DNA of 64,000 bases from Methanobacteriota archaeon (GTDB lineage: Archaea > Halobacteriota > Bog-38 > Methanoflorentales > Methanoflorentaceae): NCBI GenBank assembly GCA_963719035.1, contig CAVRAO010000002.1:224001-288000 (forward strand). Direction: 5' to 3'. Of this stretch, positions 10,327 through 22,117 are shown piece after piece; position 1 is the first letter of the stretch; each line of letters starts with the position of its first letter. A program made the translations under genes and the position numbers. The notes under the pieces are model-generated. The model was not told where the DNA came from. It saw nothing but the letters and a program-made list of their open reading frames with translations, and did not search any database.

Positions 10327-11436
10327 ATGAAGTCCATAATTGAAGACGCGCTTGCACGCGGCGCAAGCGACGAAAAAAGCGAATCACCGCAACGGTCCTA
10401 TACCGTTGACCAAGAGCTCGAAGAAGTGCTCAAAACGCTACAAACAAACATTATCGTTGTTGGATGTGGTGGTGCTGGATCTAATACTATAACGCGAATG
10501 ATGGAAGAGGGGATAGAAGGAGCTGAACTAATTGCACTCAACACGGACGCTCAGCACCTAAGGGGCACGATAGCCGATCGGAAAATCCTGATAGGAAAAG
10601 AGCGCACGCGCGGTCTCGGCGCTGGTTCACTTCCTCAAATAGGGGAAGAAGCCGCTCTCGAAAGTCAAGAGGAACTGCGCGCGAGCGTTGCCGGGGCGGA
10701 CATGGTGTTTATTACCGCCGGGTTAGGCGGTGGAACGGGCACTGGTGCTGCGCCTGTCGTCGCAGAAGCGGCACGAGACGCCGGGGCTCTTACAATCGCT
10801 ATCGTTACACTCCCGTTTAGCGTAGAGGGTATGGTGAGAAGAGCGAATGCCGAAGCAGGGCTCGAACGGCTTCGTGATATGGCAGATACGGTTATCGTCG
10901 TGCCAAACGACCGACTGTTAGAAGTGGTGCCTCGATTGCCACTACAAGCTGCGTTTAAGGTGTCGGACGAAGTATTGATGCGAGCCGTTAAAGGTATAAC
11001 CGAGCTTATCACTAAACCTGGGCTCATTAACCTTGATTTTGCTGATGTCAGAACCGTTATGCAAAGAGGTGGCGTAGCAATGATCGGGCTTGGCGAGTCT
11101 GATGCCGAGGACAAAGCCGTAGATTCAGTGAAGAAAGCCCTGAGAAGTCCACTATTGGACGTCGATATCTCAGGTGCTACTGCTGCCATAGTCAATGTCA
11201 TAGGAGGCACAGATATGACCGTGACTGAAGCAGAAGGGGTCGTGCAAGAAGTTTATGAGCGTATCGATCCCGACGCGCGCATCATTTGGGGCGCACAGAT
11301 CGATCCCGAGCTGGACCACATGGTGCGGACGTTGCTTATCGTCACAGGGGTTAAATCACCTCAGATCTACGGTAAAAGTGAATCACTCAAGATAAAAACT
11401 GGGGCTGAAAGGTATGGGATAGACTTCGTCAAATAA
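10327..11436 (+). CDS. ftsZ: cell division protein FtsZ
   Basis: [29 protein letters not shown]; ATG 10327 follows GGAGG. Confidence 0.97.
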   Translation: MKSIIEDALARGASDEKSESPQRSYTVDQELEEVLKTLQTNIIVVGCGGAGSNTITRMMEEGIEGAELIALNTDAQHLRGTIADRKILIGKERTRGLGAGSLPQIGEEAALESQEELRASVAGADMVFITAGLGGGTGTGAAPVVAEAARDAGALTIAIVTLPFSVEGMVRRANAEAGLERLRDMADTVIVVPNDRLLEVVPRLPLQAAFKVSDEVLMRAVKGITELITKPGLINLDFADVRTVMQRGGVAMIGLGESDAEDKAVDSVKKALRSPLLDVDISGATAAIVNVIGGTDMTVTEAEGVVQEVYERIDPDARIIWGAQIDPELDHMVRTLLIVTGVKSPQIYGKSESLKIKTGAERYGIDFVK

Positions 11437-11561
11437 GGACCCCAGCAGTAATCCTCCACAAAAAAATTTATACTATCGAGACGCAAAGTGATACCAAGCG
11501 TCGCCGCGGGCGCTGATATTCACTTTGCGCATTTTTGCTGCACTAGTTTGGTGAATGTACG

Positions 11562-12023
11562 ATGGTTAAAAAACAGGGGACTTCTTCGTCCAAATCTAAT
11601 AAACAACGAGAGCCCACCAAAGAAGAAAAAAAACGGGATGGTGGTGCGTCTAAGCCTTCGAAACCGCAAGAGGCCCAAAAAGAAGGTCGTTTCTCTCGAA
11701 AGGCGATCGAACGTAAGCTTGGTGAGTATCGAAGGATCTTAACGTTGACAAGAAGGCCAACGCGCGAGGAGTTCTCTACGATTGCAAAGGTTGCTGCATT
11801 AGGGATTATCATAATCGGAGTGGCTGGTTTTCTGATATACTTAGCTATGGTACAAGTACCTGAGAGCTTAGGCGCGAACAATACGACGCAAGCGACGACA
11901 AGCTCTTCAACAAGCAACGAACAGGCTGTCATTCAGCAAATAACCAACGCGACGGCTGAAATTAACAATGCCTCAGCAGCGAATAATGCGGGGACTGTGA
12001 CTACGCAGTCAGTAGCTAGTTAG
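11562..12023 (+). CDS. secE: protein translocase subunit SecE/Sec61-gamma with N- and C-terminal extensions
   Basis: EY.RIL.LTRRPTREEF followed by one TM helix; lies between ftsZ and spt5. Confidence 0.88.
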   Translation: MVKKQGTSSSKSNKQREPTKEEKKRDGGASKPSKPQEAQKEGRFSRKAIERKLGEYRRILTLTRRPTREEFSTIAKVAALGIIIIGVAGFLIYLAMVQVPESLGANNTTQATTSSSTSNEQAVIQQITNATAEINNASAANNAGTVTTQSVAS

Positions 12024-12041
12024 TATCGAATGGAGAGGAAG

Positions 12042-12521
12042 ATGTCTAGTCAGGAGCAAGATGAACTCGAATCTTCAATATACGCCATAAAGACTACGGC
12101 GAATCAAGAACGGGCAGTAGCTAACCTACTTGCACTCGCTGCTAAGAAGGAGAATTATGATATTCGGGCGATACTCGTCCCAAAAGAGCTTAAAGGGTAT
12201 GTGCTCATCGAGACCAACGCGTTTGAAACGGTAGAGCAGGCAATTCAAGGTATACCGCACGCACGCGGCGTGGTAAAGGGGAGTACTAAATTTGCAGAAA
12301 TCGAACATTTCTTAACACCAAAGCCGGCGGTAGCGGGCATCGAAGATGGAGACATCATTGAGCTCATTGCTGGGCCTTTCAAAGGAGAAAGAGCCCGCGT
12401 AAAGCGAATTGACGAGCGCCGTGAAGAGATCACGGTAGAGCTTTTCGAAGCTATGGTGCCAATACCTATTACCGTACGCGGTGATAACGTGCGAGTGTTG
12501 AGCAAGGAGGAGCGTGAATAA
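12042..12521 (+). CDS. spt5: transcription elongation factor Spt5 (NusG)
   Basis: [21 protein letters not shown] motif [18 protein letters not shown]. Confidence 0.96.
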   Translation: MSSQEQDELESSIYAIKTTANQERAVANLLALAAKKENYDIRAILVPKELKGYVLIETNAFETVEQAIQGIPHARGVVKGSTKFAEIEHFLTPKPAVAGIEDGDIIELIAGPFKGERARVKRIDERREEITVELFEAMVPIPITVRGDNVRVLSKEERE

Positions 12522-12522
12522 T

Positions 12523-12999
12523 ATGGTCGACGTAATCGAGATCTTGGTCCCTGGAGGCAAAGCGAGTCCCGGTCCACCGATAGGACCTGCTTTAGGACCA
12601 CTCGGAATCAACATCAAGGCGGTCGTTGACGAAATAAACGAAAAAACTGCGTCATATAATGGCATGCAAGTGCCGGTGAAGGTCACTGTCGACGATAAAA
12701 AGAATGTGACGCTCGAAATAGGTATACCTCCAGCATCAGCTCTTATTCTTATAGAAGCAGGCATAGAGAAAGGATCGTCTGGCGAAGACACGGTGGGCAA
12801 TATCAGCGTCGCCCAAGCAATTAAGATCGCAAAGCTGAAACAGTCGAACTCACTTTCGTACGAGCTTAAAAACACCGTTAAAGAAATCTTAGGGACTTGC
12901 GTGTCGATGGGCGTCACTGTTGATGAAAAGCCTGCAAAGGATATTCAACATGCTGTAGACGCTGGTGAATACGCAGATCTGTTTGCTGAGGATTCTTAG
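12523..12999 (+). CDS. rpl11: 50S ribosomal protein L11 (uL11)
   Basis: GGKASPGPPIGPALGPLG, GTCVSMGV. Confidence 0.97.
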   Translation: MVDVIEILVPGGKASPGPPIGPALGPLGINIKAVVDEINEKTASYNGMQVPVKVTVDDKKNVTLEIGIPPASALILIEAGIEKGSSGEDTVGNISVAQAIKIAKLKQSNSLSYELKNTVKEILGTCVSMGVTVDEKPAKDIQHAVDAGEYADLFAEDS

Positions 13000-13042
13000 A
13001 CGGCGAAAGATTGAAGTAAGGTTGCTCCATCTTTAGAATGTA

Positions 13043-13082
13043 CCGTAGGAGATCATAAACAAGGTCGACGATACTACGGAGG
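13043..13082 (+). promoter_or_regulatory. uL1-binding mRNA leader (translational autoregulation)
   Basis: CCGTAG(13043-48)/CTACGG(13074-79) stem, asymmetric GA/GACGATA internal loop, inner GATC/GGTC stem; overlaps the GGAGG SD of rpl1. Confidence 0.75.
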
Positions 13083-13086
13083 ACAT

Positions 13087-13728
13087 ATGGTCAACGAAAA
13101 TACCATAAGAGCGGTAAATGACGCCATTGAGTCAGCGCCGAAGCGGAAGTTCACTGAGAGCGTTGATCTTGTTGTCAATCTAAAGAACATTGATTTAAGC
13201 CAGCCGAAGAACCGGATTACAGAGTCGATAGTGCTTCCGAAAGGACGGGGCAAAGCGACAAAAATCGGCGTTTTTGCTAAGGGTGACCTCGCCATCAAAT
13301 CACAAAGCGGTGGGGCAGATCTCGTAATTTCTCCTGAAGACATTGATAAGATGAGTGGTGACAAGAAACTCATCAGATCAACTACGAGAGATATTGATTT
13401 TTTTGTTGCGGAAGCCCCACTGATGCCCTCTATAGGCAAGAGTTTCGGGCCGATTCTCGGTCCTAAAGGTAAAATGCCCGATCCTATCCCATCTAGTGCC
13501 GATCCAACGCCTCTTATAAATAGACTTAAGCGAACCGTAAAGGTTCGCACGAAAGACAAGCCAACGTTTCACGCCTTAGTCGGAAATCTGAGCATGAGCG
13601 TCGAAGACATTGCAGCTAATATTGAAGCACTTCTCAGTACCGTTGAGTCTAAACTTGACAATGGGACACAGAACATAGCCTCTGTCTATGTAAAGACGAC
13701 TATGGGGCCTGCAGTGAGGCTGATATAA
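13087..13728 (+). CDS. rpl1: 50S ribosomal protein L1 (uL1)
   Basis: RKFTESVDLVVNLKNID, LGPKGKMP, VKTTMGP. Confidence 0.97.
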   Translation: MVNENTIRAVNDAIESAPKRKFTESVDLVVNLKNIDLSQPKNRITESIVLPKGRGKATKIGVFAKGDLAIKSQSGGADLVISPEDIDKMSGDKKLIRSTTRDIDFFVAEAPLMPSIGKSFGPILGPKGKMPDPIPSSADPTPLINRLKRTVKVRTKDKPTFHALVGNLSMSVEDIAANIEALLSTVESKLDNGTQNIASVYVKTTMGPAVRLI

Positions 13729-14751
13729 ATGACCGTAGCTGAAAATGTGCACCGCCCAGCTTGGAAAGATGAGGAGATCAGTCGTATTAAAACCGACGTC
13801 AAAACGCACGATGTAGTCGCCGTAGTCAGTATCCAAGGTATTCCCGCACGCCAATTTCAGAATATGCGGGCAGAACTCAAGGACGTCGCTAAGATACAAG
13901 TGGCCCGTAATACCCTCATTCACCGCGCATTAGAGCAATCTGGCGAGTCGACGCTAAAGTTGTTTGAGAATGTCGAAGGACAAACAGCACTTGTCTTCAC
14001 CAATCTCAATCCGTTCAAGCTTTTTAAGCTGATTGAGAGCAGCAAAACTCCTGCACCAGCGAAAGCGGGCGAGAAAGCGCCCCGAGACATAATCGTCGAA
14101 AAAGGACCTACATCTTTCAGACCCGGACCGATAGTTGGCGACCTCCAAAACGCTGGAATACCCGCCGCCATCGAGAAAGGCAAAATTGTAATACGTGAGA
14201 CAAAAACGGTCGCGAAAACGGGTGAGCCGATCAGTGCACGGCTCGCCGACGTGCTTCAGCGCCTTGAGATCTATCCTATGGAAGTCGGTTTGTACCTTCG
14301 GGCGGCATACGACGGTGACGTTATCTATACTTCTGAAGATCTAAAAATCGACGAACAAGCCTACTTTAACCAGTTTGTATCCGCCGTCTCAAGCGCGCTT
14401 AATCTTTCAATTAATATAGGATATCCAACCTCACTAACCGTTGAAACGTTGCTTCAGAAAGGCACTTTTGAAGGAATGGCCCTCGCTTTGAAAGCTGAGA
14501 TCTTTGAGCCAGAAGTGCTGAAAATTCTGCTCTTGCGGGCACATAAGGTAGCAATGTTGCTTGTTAATGAACTTCCAAACGACGCGTTAGATGATGATTT
14601 AATCGCGTTAAAAGATGCCACTATGGCTCTGACTCAATCGGCTAAGGCTGAGCAGGCGGTGGAAGAGAAACAAACACAAGAGGACGAAGAGGCAAGCGAA
14701 ACGAAGGATGCTGAATCGGGAATGGCCGGTTTAGGCGCGTTATTTGAATAA
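13729..14751 (+). CDS. rplP0: 50S ribosomal protein P0 (uL10)
   Basis: RNTLI, FTNLNPFKL, GPTSFRPGP, C-terminal GLGALF. Confidence 0.96.
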   Translation: MTVAENVHRPAWKDEEISRIKTDVKTHDVVAVVSIQGIPARQFQNMRAELKDVAKIQVARNTLIHRALEQSGESTLKLFENVEGQTALVFTNLNPFKLFKLIESSKTPAPAKAGEKAPRDIIVEKGPTSFRPGPIVGDLQNAGIPAAIEKGKIVIRETKTVAKTGEPISARLADVLQRLEIYPMEVGLYLRAAYDGDVIYTSEDLKIDEQAYFNQFVSAVSSALNLSINIGYPTSLTVETLLQKGTFEGMALALKAEIFEPEVLKILLLRAHKVAMLLVNELPNDALDDDLIALKDATMALTQSAKAEQAVEEKQTQEDEEASETKDAESGMAGLGALFE

Positions 14752-14786
14752 TTTGAAGATCACAACATAGTAAAGGTGATAGCGAA

Positions 14787-15107
14787 ATGGAATACGTATA
14801 TGCAGCACTAGTTTTGAACGCAACAGGCAAAGAGGTAACTGAGGAGGGCGTTACGAACGTTCTCAGCGCAGCAGGCGCAACAGTGAATGAAGCGAGAGCC
14901 AAAGCACTTGTAGCAGCGCTCGAAGGCATTAATATTGACGAGGCCATATCTAAAGCGGCATTTACCGGGGCGCCCGCAGTAGCTGCACCGGCTGCTTCCG
15001 TACAAAAAGAAGAGACTGAAGAAGCGAAAGTCGAAGAAGATAAAGAGAAGGAGAAAGAGGAGGAAGAAGAAACAGGGATGGAAGGGCTAGGTGCCCTATT
15101 TGGGTAG
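14787..15107 (+). CDS. rpl12p: 50S ribosomal stalk protein P1/L12
   Basis: MEYVYAAL, Ala-rich hinge, acidic tail ending GLGALFG. Confidence 0.97.
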   Translation: MEYVYAALVLNATGKEVTEEGVTNVLSAAGATVNEARAKALVAALEGINIDEAISKAAFTGAPAVAAPAASVQKEETEEAKVEEDKEKEKEEEEETGMEGLGALFG

Positions 15108-15296
15108 TCCTCCCCCGGAGACTAATCTTCCCGACATCCTATCTTTGGCGCTTTATTGATCCAAAACTTCGGCAGACATTTTCCGCGCGATCTTTCTGTC
15201 AGCCCAAAAGCAAGTCTACCGGGAGAGCTGTGCTATTAGGTTTAGCTAATGTAGCAAGAACGCCTTTATGCTATCATAACCTGCTGACGTTAACGA

Positions 15297-16002
15297 TTAT
15301 CGCACGCCCAGCCTAGACGCTAAATCCAAACAATTCTTAGGCCCATATACATCATGGTTCCAGTAGCCGAAAACGTCTGCTTCGTTTGAAATCTCTCGGA
15401 TTCGACGCACCCAGAAGTCTAGTTCTTCTGACGAGTAAACGTCCAGATCTCCACCTCGCGCGCGCCATCTGATGTAAGTAAAATTCTTAAAACAGTCGAT
15501 GTTGTTGCCAAATTGTGCACCGAGTATTGCCAAAGAGAGGTTGCTTTGCCCTCTAAAACGGTCAAAAACATCGTCGCTAAACCACGAATCGTGACGAAAT
15601 TCAAAAGCAAAACGATGGTCAGGTAAGAGTGAAAGAAACTCGTCTAGACGGTCTAAATCTTTTTTAAAGCTCGAGGCGAGCCCTACGAGAAACGGGCCCA
15701 GCTTGTGTCCCAATACCCCACAGATCTCAAAGAAGTCACTGAGAGCTCGGCGTGAGTCGTGCAGCCTCTTGGTGTGTGTGATATGCTTGTTCATCTTTAC
15801 AGAAAACACAAAATCGTCAGGAGTAGAGTTGTACCAGTTTTTTTAGCTGACCTTCCTTCGGAAATTGATAAAACGTCGAATTAACTTCAACTGAGTGGAA
15901 AAATCGCGCGTATTGCTCCAGGTAAAGACGACGCGAGTTATAGAGGACGCCCAGCCAATGATCGTAATGCCACCCGCTGCAACCCAGATAGATGCTTGCC
16001 GT
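15297..16002 (-). pseudogene. DUF72 (YecE) family protein with a +1 frameshift at about 15831-15844 and an ACG in place of the start codon
   Basis: Unlisted frame reads IYLGCSGWHY.HW...VEVNSTFYQFP and joins WYNSTPDDFVFSVK...ITH...EFRH.SW after deleting one A; an in-frame TAA precedes ACG-GCA-AGC. Confidence 0.8.
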
Positions 16003-16106
16003 TTACTCACCCTACCCTATCGAGGCTCGACTACAAAGCAGTTCTATTGGATGAATAAAAAGCATTGCCAAGGTTTAATTAATCAAGAAGCCATAGGAGA
16101 CCTGAG

Positions 16107-18245
16107 ATGGTATTGACAGAGGCAGACGCTCGTATAATCACCGAAGCACTTGGTCGCCAGCTGAATGAAGTCGAAGCTGCGATATTCGAGAATCTCTGGT
16201 CCGAGCACTGTGCCTATAGAACAAGCAAACCACTCTTACAAACAATGCCCACCCAAGGGGAGTTTGTTGTTGTGGGTCCTGGTGACGATGCCGCTATCAT
16301 TAAGTTGAGCGACGGACTTGCTCTTGCGATAGCGATGGAAAGTCACAATCATCCTTCGTACGTTGATCCATATGATGGGGCTGCCACCGGTGTGGGCGGA
16401 ATCGTTCGCGATGTAATTTCGATGGGAGCTCAGCCAATAGCCCTCATGGATTGTCTCTATTTTGGAAGTTTGGAGAAGGAGAAAAATCGGTACCTATTTG
16501 AGCACGTCATTCAAGCAATTAGCGACTACGGCAACTGTATAGGGGTGCCTGTTGTTAACGGAGAAGTCTTCTTTCATCCGAGCTATGATGGAAATCCACT
16601 CGTTAACGTTGTTTGCGTCGGCCTTTGCCAACTTGATAAATATGTTACTGGCCGCGTAAAAAAGCCTGGCAGTAAAATCATTCTTATCGGGTCAACTACA
16701 GGCCGGGACGGCTTGGGTGGCGCATCGTTTGCTTCGCGCGATCTCAGTGAAGAATCTGAAGCTTCTGATAGGCCGTCTGTCCAAATTGGCGACCCTTACA
16801 CCGAAAAACTGCTCATCGATGCGACGCTTGAAGCAGTCAACCAAGGTTACGTTCTAGCGTGTCGCGATCTCGGCGCTGCTGGTTTGTCAGGTGCTTCCGC
16901 AGAGATGTGTTCTACATTTGGCGGGCGGATAACGCTAGACGCCATTCCTTTACGAGAGACCGGAATGACTCCTCGAGAGATATTAGTTTCAGAGTCACAA
17001 GAACGCATGGTTTTCGAGGTTTCGCCTGAACACGTTGTCGATGTGCTTGCCATTGCCAGCAAGTACGATTTGAACGGCGCCGTCATTGGCGAAGTGATCG
17101 AAGAACCCAGCTATGTCGTTGAGTTCGGTGGGAGTATAGTAGCGCATATACCGATAAAACTGCTAACTGAAGGGGCGCCACTTTGCACACCAAAGTGCCC
17201 AGAGGTATTGCCGCATACTAAAAAGCCTGCGGTTCATGGAGTGACGCTTCAAGAAAAGGCACTGAGCGTACTAACCTCGCCAAACGTTGCTTTAAAAGAG
17301 TGGGTTTACAGCCAATACGATCACGAGGTTCAAACGCGAACCGTTGTCAAACCAGGCGCAGGGGCGGCAGTTATCTCGATCGACGCTTCTCGAGGTATTG
17401 TGCTATCTTCTGGCTGTAACGCTACACAAGTGGCAGTAGATCCATTTAACGGAGCCGCTGCTACTGTTTTAGAAAATGCAATGAATTTAGCGGTCAAAGG
17501 TGCAATGCCCGTTGCGCTCGTCAATTGTCTTAACTTCGGTAACCCTGAAAAGGGAGAGATTTTTTTCCAACTTGAACAAGCTGTAAACGGACTCTCTTAC
17601 GCAGCACACATTATCGAGACGCCCATCGTTGGGGGAAATGTTTCGCTCTATAATGAAAGCGAAGAGTTCCACACCGCTATAATCCCTACACCGTCAATCG
17701 GGATGGTAGGAATTCTCAAAAACGTCTCTAAGGTTCCCTCAGCTTTTTTCAACCGCGAAGGCGACACCATAGTAATGGTAGGCGAAACGTATCCCGAATA
17801 TGGGGGATCAGAGTTCGCGGAACTCTTTGGATTAGATGGCTTCGTTCCAAAGCCACGTGCAGATATCAAGAAAAACATCGAAGCGCTAGTGGAAACTATA
17901 GAAACCGGGAAGATCTCAGCTGCTAACGATATTGGACGCGGGGGTATCTTAAGCACCCTTGCACATATGTGCACACTTTTTGGCGCTAGAGTTGACCTTT
18001 CTCACGTTCTAGCAGAAGAGAACGAGTTATTTTCCGAGACGTCTGGAAGAGCGATCGTGTCTGTCAATAGCAAAGACCTCACCTCTATTCTAAACTTGTT
18101 TAAAGAGCGAGATGTTCCGTTTGCTTCTATTGGAACTGTCGGCAACGATAGCCTCTCTATAGTAATTGGTGATAACACGCTAACGCTCCCGTTAGCAATT
18201 ATCAAGCGGAGTCTAAATTCTCTCAATGATAGCATGATAGGTTAA
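16107..18245 (+). CDS. purL: phosphoribosylformylglycinamidine synthase subunit PurL
   Basis: [47 protein letters not shown]. Confidence 0.97.
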   Translation: MVLTEADARIITEALGRQLNEVEAAIFENLWSEHCAYRTSKPLLQTMPTQGEFVVVGPGDDAAIIKLSDGLALAIAMESHNHPSYVDPYDGAATGVGGIVRDVISMGAQPIALMDCLYFGSLEKEKNRYLFEHVIQAISDYGNCIGVPVVNGEVFFHPSYDGNPLVNVVCVGLCQLDKYVTGRVKKPGSKIILIGSTTGRDGLGGASFASRDLSEESEASDRPSVQIGDPYTEKLLIDATLEAVNQGYVLACRDLGAAGLSGASAEMCSTFGGRITLDAIPLRETGMTPREILVSESQERMVFEVSPEHVVDVLAIASKYDLNGAVIGEVIEEPSYVVEFGGSIVAHIPIKLLTEGAPLCTPKCPEVLPHTKKPAVHGVTLQEKALSVLTSPNVALKEWVYSQYDHEVQTRTVVKPGAGAAVISIDASRGIVLSSGCNATQVAVDPFNGAAATVLENAMNLAVKGAMPVALVNCLNFGNPEKGEIFFQLEQAVNGLSYAAHIIETPIVGGNVSLYNESEEFHTAIIPTPSIGMVGILKNVSKVPSAFFNREGDTIVMVGETYPEYGGSEFAELFGLDGFVPKPRADIKKNIEALVETIETGKISAANDIGRGGILSTLAHMCTLFGARVDLSHVLAEENELFSETSGRAIVSVNSKDLTSILNLFKERDVPFASIGTVGNDSLSIVIGDNTLTLPLAIIKRSLNSLNDSMIG

Positions 18246-18280
18246 AGAGATCTTGCACGCGTGGCGCAACTACATCCACC

Positions 18281-19285
18281 ATGTTGAGCGTTAACTTGAT
18301 TTATGGAACGTACGGCGAGAGCGGCATTCTCACTAGCATTGAAAATACGAAACGGATGTTAAAGCTTCTAGAGCCAGACGGCGTGCGCTTCTATACAAAC
18401 GCATTCAAAATTTGCGACTTATTGCACGCGCACACGTTCGGACCGATCGCTGTTTTGTTAGTACTCTTTCACAAAGCATTGCACAAAACAGTGATATTGC
18501 ACGCGCACACGACGCCACAAGATGTGACGAACAGTTATTTTGCGGCAAATTTAATCAGCGTCTGTTTAAAAGGTTATCTACACCTCTATTACAATCTAGC
18601 AGATGTCTGTATTGTTCCTTCCGCACACACTAAGGACGTACTTATAAAAACGCTCAAAATTAAGCGGAGAATTGAAGTTATCAGTAATGGCATTGATTCG
18701 AGCCTATACGTGTGCAATGGGAAGTTGTCTTCAGAATTTAAAGCGGATTACGATTTGGACGACCGACCAGTGGTGCTCTCATTAGGATTAGTTTTTTTGC
18801 GGAAAGGCATCGTTGATTTTGTCACCGTCGCGAAGCGATTACCGCATTTTCAGTTTGTGTGGGTAGGGAGAATCGTGACATGGCCGTTCTTTCCCCGAGC
18901 TGCTAGAAAAGTGATCACAACGGCTTCTAAAAATGTACTGTTTACCGGCAGAGTGAGCAGTATTTGTCAAGCTCTCAGTGCAGCTGAAGTCTTTGTTTTT
19001 CCCAGCTACGAGGAGAATCAAGGGATTGCTGTTCTTGAAGCAGCTGACTGCGGTTTACCTCTAATCTTGCGCGATCTACCAGTTTATAGCGACTTCGTCG
19101 ACGGGCAAAATTGTGTCAAATTCACGACAATTGATGGATTTGAAAGCGCAATCAAAGAACTCATTAAACACAAGACAGTTGCAAAAGCGCTGGGAGAAAA
19201 CGCACGAAAGACCGTTCAAATCCACGATGTCCGTGTGCTGAGTAAAAGGCTGCTCCAAGTCTATCAAACGGCGAAACGGGCTTAA
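18281..19285 (+). CDS. GT4 family glycosyltransferase (glycolipid glucosyl/galactosyltransferase-like)
   Basis: HAHTT..D, ISNGID, RKG..DF, FPSYEENQGIAVLEA. Confidence 0.85.
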   Translation: MLSVNLIYGTYGESGILTSIENTKRMLKLLEPDGVRFYTNAFKICDLLHAHTFGPIAVLLVLFHKALHKTVILHAHTTPQDVTNSYFAANLISVCLKGYLHLYYNLADVCIVPSAHTKDVLIKTLKIKRRIEVISNGIDSSLYVCNGKLSSEFKADYDLDDRPVVLSLGLVFLRKGIVDFVTVAKRLPHFQFVWVGRIVTWPFFPRAARKVITTASKNVLFTGRVSSICQALSAAEVFVFPSYEENQGIAVLEAADCGLPLILRDLPVYSDFVDGQNCVKFTTIDGFESAIKELIKHKTVAKALGENARKTVQIHDVRVLSKRLLQVYQTAKRA

Positions 19286-19313
19286 TGTTGCCTAGGTAAG
19301 CGACGTAGCTTTA

Positions 19314-19330
19314 AAAGGAAAGTTTTATAG
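19314..19330 (+). promoter_or_regulatory. BRE/TATA promoter of fae-hps
   Basis: purine-rich AAAGGAAAG directly before TTTTATAG, about 50 nt upstream of the start. Confidence 0.55.
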
Positions 19331-19379
19331 ACCAAATGTCCTCTACTACCTCTGTTTAAAAAAAGCTGAGGAATTCGAA

Positions 19380-20549
19380 TTGCACGTAGGTGAAGCTTTA
19401 ATTGGCAACGATCCTGAAATGGCCCACGTCGACCTCCTTATAGGAGACAAGGATGGTCCGGTAGGGCAAGCATTTGCTAGTGGATTATCACACCTTTCTC
19501 AGGGGCACACCCCTCTTCTTGCTGTGATTAAGCCAAATTTGTTAACAAAGCCTGCAACTCTCATCGTGCCTAAGGTCACGCTGCAAGACAGAGAACAGAT
19601 AGCGAAGGTGTTCGGCCCCGCTCAAGCTGCTGTTGCCAAAGCAGTCGCGGACTCTGTCGAAGACGGAGTTATCGCAAAGGAAATGTGCGAGCAATACGTA
19701 CTTATCGTATCAGTCTTTGTTCATCCGGATGCGCAGGACTATGAAAAAATCTACCGTTATAACTACGGTGCTACGAAATTGGCGATAAAACGGGCATTAA
19801 CCGACTTTCCTTCGGTGGAAAAAGTTCTCTACGAAAAAGACCGGTCGCTCCACCCGGTTATGGGATTCAAAGTCTCTCGTCTGTGGGATCCGCCATACCT
19901 GCAAGTAGCATTCGATTTGACTGAGTTAGACTTAGTATTGAACGTTCTTGATCAACTGCCTATAAGCGATCATATAATTCTTGAAGCAGGAACGCCCCTT
20001 ATCAAACGTTATGGGCTAGGAATCATCAGAGAAATGCGAAAAGCTCGATCGAGTGCCTTTATCGTAGCTGACCTTAAAACACTTGATACTGGGAACTTAG
20101 AAGCGCGATTGGCCGCGGATGAAGCTGCTGATGCCGTTGTGGTCTCTGGACTTGCGCCTACATCAACGATTGATAAGGCTATAGAAGAAGCAAACAAGAC
20201 CGGTATCTATGTTATTATCGATATGTTAAATGTCGACAAGCCAGAAAGCGTACTCAAGGCGCTGAAGAGCAAACCCGATATCGTAGAACTCCACCGAGCG
20301 ATCGACGCCGAGGATACGGCGCACGCGTGGGGCAACATCGCTACCATAAAGAAATACGCAAAATTAGTCGCTGTAGCAGGAGGGATACGACAAGACAACG
20401 TAGAAGATGCTCTGAAGTCGGGAGCGGACATTTTGGTAGTAGGACGTGCCATTACAGCAGCACGAGATGTAGAAGGTTCTGCACGGGTGTTTCTAGAAGG
20501 ATTAAAGCAGAGCGATATCGATCAATACCGGGTTAAAACTGACTTTTAG
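19380..20549 (+). CDS. fae-hps: bifunctional formaldehyde-activating enzyme / 3-hexulose-6-phosphate synthase
   Basis: Fae domain (GEALIG...[27 protein letters not shown]) fused to HPS barrel ([33 protein letters not shown]). Confidence 0.95.
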   Translation: MHVGEALIGNDPEMAHVDLLIGDKDGPVGQAFASGLSHLSQGHTPLLAVIKPNLLTKPATLIVPKVTLQDREQIAKVFGPAQAAVAKAVADSVEDGVIAKEMCEQYVLIVSVFVHPDAQDYEKIYRYNYGATKLAIKRALTDFPSVEKVLYEKDRSLHPVMGFKVSRLWDPPYLQVAFDLTELDLVLNVLDQLPISDHIILEAGTPLIKRYGLGIIREMRKARSSAFIVADLKTLDTGNLEARLAADEAADAVVVSGLAPTSTIDKAIEEANKTGIYVIIDMLNVDKPESVLKALKSKPDIVELHRAIDAEDTAHAWGNIATIKKYAKLVAVAGGIRQDNVEDALKSGADILVVGRAITAARDVEGSARVFLEGLKQSDIDQYRVKTDF

Positions 20550-20719
20550 GTCAAGTTTGCGGTGTCCGTCACAACGGTTTCGCCCTATTTCAAAAATGCG
20601 GTTCTTTTGCTCACGCGTATGTGGTCGATACGTGTCAAATTATACGTCTAGTAACTTTATACGACGCGAACACATTTCGTGAGCGGCTTTCTACGAAACT
20701 AAAGCTCGAGGGCTGGTAA

Positions 20720-21394
<675 letters not shown>

Positions 21395-21435
21395 CAAGAA
21401 GTCAAAAAAAAGCTGGTGACCCGTGGAAAGACCTG

Positions 21436-22083
21436 ATGAGACCATCAAGTGAAAGTCGTAACGCTCCGACGCGGGAAAAAGCGAACTTAATTCGCCTGCT
21501 TCTAAAGACGCCTACACCCATAATCGCTGATGCCATGGACGGCCGTAACACGTTGAGTTGTCTACGACCTGTTTTGTCACGTACTGCAATAATAGGGCCC
21601 GTGGTAACCGTCAAAACGGACCCGACGGACTGGGGCACTGTAGTGCGTGCGGTAGAGGCAGCGTCGCCGCGTGACGTGCTATTTATTGACAGTTCAGGGT
21701 CAAACGTAGCAGTTTGGGGGGGACTGACGTCGCGGGCAGCGCAACAGCGTGGAATCGTCGGAACAATCGTTTATGGAAGCTGTCGTGATATTCCAACTAT
21801 AGAAGCCCTTCAATACCCAGTATGGATGAAAGGGATCACTGCACGTGCTGGAAGACCGTTAAACAGGGGGAAGGTTAACGTTCCGATATACATCGGCGGA
21901 CTGGTAGTGAAACCGCGTGATCTAGCGAAAGCTGACGTTCACGGAGTCGTTATCATTCCGTCAAATGAGGTAGCGTCAGTCGCCAAAAGGATTAAAGAGA
22001 TAGCAGCCAAGGAACGCTTTGTAGAGCGAGGAATCAAAGAGGGGCAGCTCTTAAGCCAATTACTGTCTGATTTTCCATCCTGA
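21436..22083 (+). CDS. RraA/HMG-aldolase family protein
   Basis: T..IADAM, AVWGGL, G.CRD, V.P.D...AD..GVV.IP. Confidence 0.85.
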   Translation: MRPSSESRNAPTREKANLIRLLLKTPTPIIADAMDGRNTLSCLRPVLSRTAIIGPVVTVKTDPTDWGTVVRAVEAASPRDVLFIDSSGSNVAVWGGLTSRAAQQRGIVGTIVYGSCRDIPTIEALQYPVWMKGITARAGRPLNRGKVNVPIYIGGLVVKPRDLAKADVHGVVIIPSNEVASVAKRIKEIAAKERFVERGIKEGQLLSQLLSDFPS

Positions 22084-22117
22084 TACCATATATATCATTA
22101 GCCCCTAAAAAAAAGCA

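Noticed and set aside
10665-13559. Long antisense ORFs opposite ftsZ, spt5/rpl11 and rpl1 (and similar ones elsewhere)
   Set aside because: Shadow ORFs of conserved genes with no independent motifs.
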